NCBI GenBank assembly: GCA_026414185.1
Contig: JAOAJL010000007.1
Location: 1-54,628, forward strand
Direction: 5' to 3'
DNA length: 54,628 nucleotides
Source: Candidatus Micrarchaeota archaeon
Lineage (GTDB): Archaea > Micrarchaeota > Micrarchaeia > Anstonellales > Anstonellaceae
A model generated the notes under the pieces. The model made no database searches. It was not told the origin of the DNA and saw nothing but the letters and a program-made list of their open reading frames with translations. The translations under genes were made by a program, and so were the position numbers. Each line of letters opens with the position of its first letter. Positions within the stretch are counted from its first letter, which is position 1. Below, one piece after another: positions 47,303 through 54,628 of the stretch.

Positions 47303-49498
47303 ATGCGCTTTGCGGCATACGCATTTTTCGCCTGCCTCCTCCTTCTTTCAGGCTGTGTCCTTTACACTGAGGATGACAGGGGAAACAGGATTTTGATGTC
47401 CGATGAAGAGAAGCTTGGGATAAGCACAATGAGTGTCCAGCCCATCAACGAGGAATGCGATGATTCAGACCCTCTTCCTTGCCGGTGCATGCTCTGCGAG
47501 AATAAAACCCCCTGGGCAGCGCGGCTTCTGCCTTTCCTTTCGCGCTGGCTGGACTCCTCCCTTAAAGGCGGAAAATGCAATTTCTCCCCCTGCAACGCAG
47601 GAACTTTCGTGAAGAACATCATGTTCCACTCAGACAAAATCCAAAACCGCGTCTTTATGTATGGGCACGGGCCTTCATTCAGCTCAACGGATTCGGCAAA
47701 CCTTTATTGCGAATACTCCCTTCAGCTTGCAACTAAGTGGATGAAGGGAATCGGAGCCCCGCCAAAAATTCCAGTTCCCGGTCGTGCCATGTGCTGGCTT
47801 GAGCGTAATGTGATGCCCCTTTATATCTACTATACCAAAGGGCAATACATAGATGAAAGCAGGACAAGGCAGATTGCAAAAGCTCTCAATGGCGCCGGCC
47901 CGGCAATACTCACAACAGAAGTGGATTTTGACTCATCAAACTCGGAGCAAGTTGAGGCTGTAAAAAAGCAGATTTTAGCATACCAAGATTGCGAGGAGTG
48001 CCTAACCGCCCTTGCCTTGAAGTCGGGTGATTACCATGGCCTTGAGCTTTTCCTAGAAGACCCGACAATTTATCCAAACGGCAAGAATCTTTCGGAGATG
48101 ATAGACCTTGTCGGGTTTGGCTTCCGCGCAAATGACTACAAAACATGCGACGTGGAGAAGATAATAGGCGAAAACTACCTGTTCAGCAGGCAGATTCTTG
48201 AAAATTATTCAAAGCCCTCAATATGGCTTTATGCTGGAGCTTCGCAGGGCAAAAATGTTGATGGCAAATGCACCTTCACGGCGCAGAAGGTTCACAATTT
48301 CTACCAGCGCCTATTTTCCCTCGCCCCCGCACTTGCAAATTCCGGAGTTATTGGGGTGAGCTTCTACGAATTCATAGACAGGACTGGTCCGCTGCCGTGC
48401 AATGATGTCCAGAACTGCGAGTTTGGCGTGATGAAACCAGACGGCCAAAAGCACCCTGAAATAAACACCTGGTCCCGGCTCTGCAAATACTACGGGACAG
48501 AGGACGTGCGCAATCCAATCATTTACCCCAGAAACGGCAAAAGCCCCCTCTGCGACTTTGCCCAGAACTTCAAAATGTTCAAGGAAGTTTCAAGGGAGGT
48601 TGGCGTGACTGAGAAAGGGCTTGAATACGAGGAAGTTTCCCCCACAGAAAAGCGCGAGAAATTCGGCTGCGGCGAAGTGTGCGTTTCAGAATTCAAGGTT
48701 CCAAAACCCGACGTCTACGACAACACAGGCAAGCAATTGGACGCAACAGCAGGAATAGACCCGTGCATTGACTTTCCAATCATAGACCAGCTTGCAGATG
48801 ACAATGATTTTTCTGCGATGTACATGCGCGCCATAATATCCCAAGAGTCGCAGTTTGACCGGTGGGTAGTTTCGTGCAATGAGGTACCATGTATCACTCC
48901 TCTTGGCACAACAATGAGTGATATCTGCACTTCCGCTGGATATGGGCCGGACTGCCCAGCCCACACCCTTGGAGGAGGAAAAACCTGTCCATCTTCAAAG
49001 CCATATTTCTGCGCCTACGGGCTTGCCCAGTGCATAGAACGCCCAGGTGACAGAAGCAGCGCAACAGACGGCTGCCGCGGAGAAGACGACTTTTACGACC
49101 CCTTCAACCCGGCTGAAAACGTCTGCTGCGGCATAAACAAGATGCGAACGGCCCTTGAGAGTGCCGAGCAATTCGTAAATTCGGTCAAGGACACTCTTGC
49201 AGAATGCTCGGGCGGTTACGAAGAAGAGGAATACGGCTGGCTTACGCACTATCTTGCCTCCCTTGAATACTATATAGGGGGAGAACGCGCCTACAAAAAT
49301 CACTTTGGCAATTTCCTTGCCCAGCGTGATGACCCAGATACTGGAGGCAAATGTAGCGGCGAAGTGGATTTTGTTGAATACCTCAAAACAATACCATGCG
49401 ACAAAGTTAAAGACTGCCGTAAATATCCACAGCAGGTTTTAAGCCGCTATATTGATGCAGTTGACAATCAGTGCGACTCCGACTGCCCAGGAAAATAA
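47303..49498 (+). CDS. Cys-rich lipoprotein with possible glycoside-hydrolase-like domain and C-terminal lytic transglycosylase (SLT)-like domain
   Basis: LLSGC lipobox; RAIISQESQFD (Glu 48845), AYGLAQ, PFNPAENVCCG in SLT order. Confidence 0.72.
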   Translation: MRFAAYAFFACLLLLSGCVLYTEDDRGNRILMSDEEKLGISTMSVQPINEECDDSDPLPCRCMLCENKTPWAARLLPFLSRWLDSSLKGGKCNFSPCNAGTFVKNIMFHSDKIQNRVFMYGHGPSFSSTDSANLYCEYSLQLATKWMKGIGAPPKIPVPGRAMCWLERNVMPLYIYYTKGQYIDESRTRQIAKALNGAGPAILTTEVDFDSSNSEQVEAVKKQILAYQDCEECLTALALKSGDYHGLELFLEDPTIYPNGKNLSEMIDLVGFGFRANDYKTCDVEKIIGENYLFSRQILENYSKPSIWLYAGASQGKNVDGKCTFTAQKVHNFYQRLFSLAPALANSGVIGVSFYEFIDRTGPLPCNDVQNCEFGVMKPDGQKHPEINTWSRLCKYYGTEDVRNPIIYPRNGKSPLCDFAQNFKMFKEVSREVGVTEKGLEYEEVSPTEKREKFGCGEVCVSEFKVPKPDVYDNTGKQLDATAGIDPCIDFPIIDQLADDNDFSAMYMRAIISQESQFDRWVVSCNEVPCITPLGTTMSDICTSAGYGPDCPAHTLGGGKTCPSSKPYFCAYGLAQCIERPGDRSSATDGCRGEDDFYDPFNPAENVCCGINKMRTALESAEQFVNSVKDTLAECSGGYEEEEYGWLTHYLASLEYYIGGERAYKNHFGNFLAQRDDPDTGGKCSGEVDFVEYLKTIPCDKVKDCRKYPQQVLSRYIDAVDNQCDSDCPGK

Positions 49499-49578
49499 AA
49501 ACAGAGAAACCCAAATTCCGCCTATCTTCCAACACGTGTTTCCAGAGCCTCATTCCCCCCAACGCCCATCACAGGCTT

Positions 49579-49608
49579 AAATACGAAAAAAGAAAATACG
49601 AAAAAAGA
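49579..49608 (-). terminator. Tandem 15-bp duplication giving two T6 tracts downstream of speD
   Basis: AAATACGAAAAAAGA twice (49579-49593, 49594-49608), 12 nt past the speD stop. Confidence 0.5.
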
Positions 49609-49620
49609 GAAGAAGCGCGG

Positions 49621-50061
49621 CTAATTTCCATTCTCCTTAAGCTTTGCCCCTTCCCTCTCCCGCTCAAGCTCAATTGTCTGGCGAGCCCGCCATATGTCCT
49701 TGGGAAAGTGCCTGCCGCGCATGAAGAAGTTCTTCTCATAGGTTTTTGCCTCAAACTTTGAGGCGATGATGTCTGCGGCTGGCTCAACATCAAACTCCTT
49801 GCAGGAGAAGATGTCAACCGACGCATAGCCTTTCTCGGGGAAAGTATGTATGCTGATGTGGGACTCTGCAATAAGAACTATGCCGGATACCCCCCAATCC
49901 TCCGGCTTTAGCCCCGAATACGAAAACGTATAGGGCGGCATAATCTTCGTCATGCCGATAAGCGACGGCAACTCATCCAAAAAAGAATAAACAAAATTCA
50001 CATCCTTCAATTTTTTCTTGTTGCACCCATACATGTCCATGGTCAAATGCGGTCCAAACAT
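49621..50061 (-). CDS. speD: S-adenosylmethionine decarboxylase proenzyme
   Basis: GPHLTMD, GVSGIVLIAE|SHISIHTFPE, DIFSC; start moved to 50061. Confidence 0.93.
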   Translation of the reverse strand: MFGPHLTMDMYGCNKKKLKDVNFVYSFLDELPSLIGMTKIMPPYTFSYSGLKPEDWGVSGIVLIAESHISIHTFPEKGYASVDIFSCKEFDVEPAADIIASKFEAKTYEKNFFMRGRHFPKDIWRARQTIELEREREGAKLKENGN

Positions 50062-50452
50062 CTGTTTCGCTTCCTCCTTTTCTCTGCCGAGGTTCTCCCT
50101 CCCAGAGAAGACGCTATATATAAATAGACAACATTTATAAATATTCCTGTTTTCAAAAAATAAAAAAAGCTCATAATCCATTTTGGCACAAAAATATTAG
50201 TTATTATTATCTTTTTTGAAAAAAAGAAATCTAATAGCTGTTTTTTTCTGTTTAAAAAATTTAATATCGTCTTTAGCTAATTTCAGGCTTGATTTCCTTA
50301 TTTTTATCTAAAAATAGGCTCTAATGCCAGATTTAATAGATTTAGGACATCTTATATATTTTCTAACTTTCAACAACGTCTGTAAGGTGAAGTTGCTCAA
50401 TTTTGCCCCACGCGCCCCATAGCAATATATATGGCGAATGGGATTTCCTTCC

Positions 50453-51253
50453 ATGGCGCACTGCATCCGCTGCGGAGCACCGATTCGCTTTGATGCGGGC
50501 GGAGATCTTCTATGTGAAGACTGCGAAGCAGCCTCCGGTCATGGAAGCGGAACTGATGTTCCATGCCAGCGCTGCGGCATGTATCTTCCCCCCCACGAGC
50601 TTCGCATGTGGAATTCCCGCCTTTACTGCGCATATTGCATAATGGACATCCAAGATGAGGAGCACTATGGGCGAGCAAAAAGCCACTCTATTAAGGGAAC
50701 AGAGAAGGAAGCGGGCGGAGAAAGCGGCGAGCCCCATCTTCCGCACGACATGCCCAAAACCCCCCTTGTCTGCGAGCGGTGCGGAAAAGCCTCAAGCGTC
50801 CTTTACACAAATGTCGGCATGCGCCTCTGCCCTGCTTGCGCCTCCGAAGGCGGTGCAGCTGCGCCGGCAGGCTTCTTAGGTCTTGGCGTGCTTTCGTCGC
50901 TTATAAAAAAAGCGTCCGCACTCCTGCTTAAGCCGAAAATAGTTGCCAAAAAGAACGCAGGCGGCTTTGCGGTGCTGCCTGCCGAAGAAAGCAAAAACCG
51001 CGGGGAAGAAAAAAGCGCAAACCTCTCAGGCTCCAATGAAGCGGAAGGAAGCCCGCAGAATCCCCCGCCTTCGCCGCCGCCCTCGGCAGTTTTTGACATC
51101 TCCAAGCGCGCATTTGTGGAGAAGGGCGAGGAGTTTGATTCAAAACAGCCTCTGCAAGAGGGCACAAAAAAGAAAAAATCCGTTCCCAAGAAGGCAAAAA
51201 AGCTGTTTTTCAGGCTTCACCCTTCTGCTGGAAGGCAAGCAAAAGGCAGGTAG
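50453..51253 (+). CDS. Multi-zinc-finger (six CxxC) hypothetical protein
   Basis: CIRC, CEDC, CQRC, CAYC, CERC, CPAC; low-complexity basic tail. Confidence 0.72.
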   Translation: MAHCIRCGAPIRFDAGGDLLCEDCEAASGHGSGTDVPCQRCGMYLPPHELRMWNSRLYCAYCIMDIQDEEHYGRAKSHSIKGTEKEAGGESGEPHLPHDMPKTPLVCERCGKASSVLYTNVGMRLCPACASEGGAAAPAGFLGLGVLSSLIKKASALLLKPKIVAKKNAGGFAVLPAEESKNRGEEKSANLSGSNEAEGSPQNPPPSPPPSAVFDISKRAFVEKGEEFDSKQPLQEGTKKKKSVPKKAKKLFFRLHPSAGRQAKGR

Positions 51254-51257
51254 TATT

Positions 51258-51578
51258 TCACTTCCGGCTTACTCTCCTTATCGTTCCCGAAGTGCTTATG
51301 GGCTCCATCCTCGCGCTTCTGCCCTCCCACTCCGAAAGCAGTGCCATACACAGTATCGTTTCTTCCACTGCCGACCTCTCGCAGCGAACGATTCCCATCC
51401 CACTGCCCTCTTCGTAGCTGACAAGCTTGAAGGCAAGTGAAGCTATGCCAAGCTCTCCGAAAAACGACAGGAAATGCTCATGCACAAGCCTCTTTGCCTC
51501 CGTTGCGGAAGGGGGCTTGCCTTCAACAGCAAGCGAGAACGCCACATACCTCTGCCTGAATCTCTCCGTCGGCTTCAT
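51258..51578 (-). CDS. rnp2: Ribonuclease P protein component 2 (Pop5/Rpp14)
   Basis: KPTERFRQRYVAF, FFGELG, GIVRC, TSGTIR; conserved position after rpl15e. Confidence 0.9.
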   Translation of the reverse strand: MKPTERFRQRYVAFSLAVEGKPPSATEAKRLVHEHFLSFFGELGIASLAFKLVSYEEGSGMGIVRCERSAVEETILCMALLSEWEGRSARMEPISTSGTIRRVSRK

Positions 51579-52027
51579 CCCACCAGTTCCTCCGCCAGCC
51601 GGGCAGATTTTTTTATCTCAACATCGCAAAAGCCGATTACGCAGGCAAATGCCAAAAGCTCCCTGCCGGTTCTCAGCTCCCTTTCACTTCTGGCAAGCGT
51701 GCATACAACCGAAGCGCAACCTCTTTTTCTTGCTGCGGCAACAAGAAGCCTCATCTTTGAAATCAGTATGCCGCGCTTGAAGCCGCGCTGACCAAGCAAA
51801 TCCGAAAGGGAAAACACTACCGCGCCTCCGCCTCTCGCAAGCTCAACAAGCGCCCCCTCGTCCGCCTCATAGGAAGGGAAGTAGGCAAGCGCCCTGCCGC
51901 CCCTTGCCGCCGATTTGGCGTCCTGAGCGCACCTCACCTCAAAGAAGTTGCTGGCTTTTGAAACTGGGACAACGCGGCTTATCCCAGGGCTTTTCTTCAT
52001 TCCCTCCGCAATTACAAGGTCAATCAT
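51575..52027 (-). CDS. rnp3: Short ribonuclease P protein component 3 (Rpp30)-like protein
   Basis: Position between rpl15e and rnp2; ARSERELRTGRELLAF resembles the Rpp30 C-terminus. Confidence 0.65.
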   Translation of the reverse strand: MIDLVIAEGMKKSPGISRVVPVSKASNFFEVRCAQDAKSAARGGRALAYFPSYEADEGALVELARGGGAVVFSLSDLLGQRGFKRGILISKMRLLVAAARKRGCASVVCTLARSERELRTGRELLAFACVIGFCDVEIKKSARLAEELVG

Positions 52028-52030
52028 ACT

Positions 52031-52504
52031 CTACTGCCTTCCTTTCTTTCCAGCCGAAGTCAATCCGCGAAACGCCCTGCCTTTAGGCATGCCCGCAAGG
52101 AGTTTGCGGTCTACCAGTATGACCTCAAAGTATTTTTTCATTCCGTCCTGCCCAACCCAGTAGGAGTTCAGCACCTCAAGGTTCCTAAAGACCCTCGCGG
52201 CTTTCTCCTCTGCCTGCCGCTGAAGAGATTTCCCAGGCGACAGATATGCGACGTTCTTGGCGGGCTTTCTTCCGCCCCAAGGATGCGGTCTTTTTCGCGA
52301 CCCCCTGCCGACCGCCACGCGCGCAAGAAAGTAGCCTTCCTTTGCCTTGTAGCCAAGGCAACGCGCTCTTGCGAGGTTTGTCGGCTTGTCAATCCTCACC
52401 ACAGTGCCAAGCTTTCTCCACTCCCTTATCCTTCTTCTGTATATGTCCGCCCTCTGTCCGTATTCCTTCTGGAAAGCTTCCTGTATGTACTTGTAAATCC
52501 CCAT
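52031..52504 (-). CDS. rpl15e: 50S ribosomal protein L15e
   Basis: [38 protein letters not shown]; start moved to 52504. Confidence 0.96.
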   Translation of the reverse strand: MGIYKYIQEAFQKEYGQRADIYRRRIREWRKLGTVVRIDKPTNLARARCLGYKAKEGYFLARVAVGRGSRKRPHPWGGRKPAKNVAYLSPGKSLQRQAEEKAARVFRNLEVLNSYWVGQDGMKKYFEVILVDRKLLAGMPKGRAFRGLTSAGKKGRQ

Positions 52505-52633
52505 CCAAATCACCGCGTTGTGCTTTTGCGAATCTGCCTTCCGTTCGGGCAACGACCCCCACATCCAAAAGGCACTCTGTTCTTGTTCAAAACATATAAT
52601 AAGCTAAGCTTCCGCGGCTTGAATCGTTCGGCG

Positions 52634-53584
52634 CTAAAGCCTGAAAGCCCTCTCCCTGTATATTATGGCGTCGCCAGCCACAGTGCGCTTTCCAAGCCTT
52701 AAAACAAGACCATCCTCGTCGCGCGCAAAGCTGCCGGAAATTACCGCTTCGCCCCTGCTTGCCTTGGCAAATGCCCCGCCGTCCATCTTGGCGATTTCTT
52801 CAAGGGCGAACCTCACAGTCTGCGTCATGGGTATGCGCAGCTTGTGCCCACCGGCAGTCAGGGTAAGGTGCTTGTGGTCTATGAAAATCCTTCCGCAAGC
52901 CCCGTTCTTCATGAAAAGCTTTATCTCCGCCTTGGCTTCCTCTATTTTCCTTCTAAGCCTTGCTTTGGAGAGGCGCTCCATAGAGCTGGCAACCAATTTT
53001 TTGAGCGCAGAAATCTGCCGCCTCGTCCTGGAAAGAAGCGCATGCGCCCCCTTTTGCTTGGACTGCCTCAGCCTGCGCAGTTTTCCTATCCTCTCTTCGC
53101 ATCTGCGTGCTTCCTTTCCGAATGCGATGATGGCGCTTCTTGTTTCAATGGCATCAAAGCTCTCCTGCGCATCCTGCATCCTGCCGAGCTGAAGCGCCAT
53201 CTTCTCAAGCGAGTCGCGCAGCTCCTCAAATTCCCCAGCCCACTCCTCTTTGCTTTGCGCCAGCGCCGCCCCCGCAGCCGCCCTTGCCGCTAAGGCAAGC
53301 TCGCCTTCAAGGGTTTCCGCAAGAATTGCGGTCTCATTGAGTTCAAGGTCAGAACCCTTTCCGATTTTCTTCTGCGCAACCTCAATCTTCGCCCCTATGC
53401 TTTCCAGCTTCTCATAAAAGCCCGCGCCAGCTTCCGCTTCTGCCAGGAATTCCTCAAGCACCATATCTGTTTCCTTTTCAAGCCGGTGATAGGTGTTTCT
53501 ACATTCCGTTATGGCATCTGCACTGGAATGCGACTGCTGAAGCGCACTGCGCGCAAGAGTTCCGCCTCTGGTCGCCACTGGCAT
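52634..53584 (-). CDS. Hypothetical coiled-coil protein with beta-rich C-terminal domain
   Basis: 316-aa ORF; start uncertain. Confidence 0.65.
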   Translation of the reverse strand: MPVATRGGTLARSALQQSHSSADAITECRNTYHRLEKETDMVLEEFLAEAEAGAGFYEKLESIGAKIEVAQKKIGKGSDLELNETAILAETLEGELALAARAAAGAALAQSKEEWAGEFEELRDSLEKMALQLGRMQDAQESFDAIETRSAIIAFGKEARRCEERIGKLRRLRQSKQKGAHALLSRTRRQISALKKLVASSMERLSKARLRRKIEEAKAEIKLFMKNGACGRIFIDHKHLTLTAGGHKLRIPMTQTVRFALEEIAKMDGGAFAKASRGEAVISGSFARDEDGLVLRLGKRTVAGDAIIYRERAFRL

Positions 53585-53644
53585 AAGCGTGTTGTATGCG
53601 GTTGCTCTTAATAAAGCTAACCTTGGCGCCGTCGCGTCCGTCGC

Positions 53645-54628
53645 TCAGCCTTTCACAACCCCGATGGGCACAAGCCTGGCGACTATATCGCTTAAGCCCG
53701 CCGCCGCGACTGAGGCAACCACCTCGTCAACATTCTTGTATGCGCCTGGCGCCTCTTCTGCAAGAAGCTCTGCTTCGGTCGCCTTCACCATTATTCCGCG
53801 CGAGGCAAGCTCTCCTTGTATCTGCGCGCCTTTCCATCTATGAATCGCCTGCTTTCTGCTCATCGCCCTTCCAGAGCCGTGGCAGGACGAACCAAAAGAG
53901 TTCTTCATCGCCCCTTCCCTTCCAACAAGGACATAGGATGCGGTCCCCATGCTTCCCGGTATCATCACCGGCTGCCCTATTTGGCGGTAGCAGGAGGGCA
54001 ACTCCTTCCTTCCAGCGGCGAAAGCCCTCGTGGCGCCCTTGCGATGCACGCAAAGCATCCTTCTCTGCCCCTCAACTTCGTGCTCCTCAAACTTCGCGAT
54101 GTTGTGGCAGACGTCATAGACAAGGGTCATCTGCTCGCCAATCCCCCTGCCAAAGACCTGCTCAAAGGTTTCCCTCACCCAATGCATCATGATGTGCCTG
54201 TTGCAAAATGCGTAATTGACCGCGCAGCGCATCGCCTTTATGTAGCGCTCTGCCTCCGGCGAGTTTATTGGGGCGCAGCAAAGCTCCCTGTCCGGAAGCT
54301 CAATTCCGTATTTGCGCGAGGCGGAAAGCATCTCCCGCAGAAAGTCGTCGCAGACCTGGTGGCCAAAGCCCCTGCTCCCGCAATGTATCATCACTGCGAC
54401 ATTCCCTTTTTTCAGCCCGAACCTTTCCGCAATGTCCGGAAGCATTATCTCAGAAACTTCCTGAAGCTCAACAAAGTGGTTCCCTGCGCCGACCGTGCCA
54501 AACTGCGGCAAGCCCCTTTGTTTTGCCTTGTCTGAAACAACAGAGGGGTCCGCGCCTTCCATCCTGCCGTTTTCCTCCGTCCTTTCCTTGTCCTGAGACG
54601 TGCCATATCCCCTCTCAACAGCCCAATC
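53645..54628 (-). CDS. rtcB: tRNA-splicing ligase RtcB, 5' end outside window
   Basis: GAGNHFVE, HCGSRG, HNIAK, HRKGAT, PGSMG, HGSGR, EEAPGAYK. Confidence 0.96.
   Translation of the reverse strand, partial: DWAVERGYGTSQDKERTEENGRMEGADPSVVSDKAKQRGLPQFGTVGAGNHFVELQEVSEIMLPDIAERFGLKKGNVAVMIHCGSRGFGHQVCDDFLREMLSASRKYGIELPDRELCCAPINSPEAERYIKAMRCAVNYAFCNRHIMMHWVRETFEQVFGRGIGEQMTLVYDVCHNIAKFEEHEVEGQRRMLCVHRKGATRAFAAGRKELPSCYRQIGQPVMIPGSMGTASYVLVGREGAMKNSFGSSCHGSGRAMSRKQAIHRWKGAQIQGELASRGIMVKATEAELLAEEAPGAYKNVDEVVASVAAAGLSDIVARLVPIGVVKG

Noticed and set aside
40645-49498. Provirus (tape-measure plus lysin)
   Set aside because: No capsid, terminase, portal or integrase; signal peptide and lipobox point to a cellular envelope system
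1-54628. CRISPR array, rRNA, IS elements
   Set aside because: No regularly spaced repeats, rRNA-like tracts or transposase motifs seen

Overview
Archaeal genomic window, most consistent with a DPANN archaeon (Micrarchaeota-like; inferred from gene content). It begins with a Nextera/Tn5 adapter remnant (1-19). Housekeeping genes include ADP-forming acetate-CoA ligase, SMC, pyrH, dph2, ppsA, fibrillarin, secF/secD, speD, rpl15e, RNase P proteins and a partial rtcB. There are three intron-containing tRNA genes: Ile-GAT, Lys-TTT (two introns) and Arg-CCT (89-nt intron). Two more AT-rich accessory blocks stand out. (1) At 33.5-49.5 kb, six tandem, closely coupled paralogous membrane proteins resembling CedA/VirB6 are transcribed divergently from a 2206-aa membrane-anchored orphan and a Cys-rich lipoprotein with a lytic-transglycosylase (SLT) motif. 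This is a candidate undescribed contact/secretion apparatus; no ATPase for it lies in the window. (2) At 4.6-6.9 kb, two paralogues flanking tRNA-Ile share an N-terminal helical domain but carry different C-terminal domains (L,D-transpeptidase-like and NlpC/P60-like), an arrangement resembling polymorphic effectors. Together the window encodes three different peptidoglycan-type catalytic motifs in an archaeon. All family calls come from motifs recognised by eye; no database search was run.
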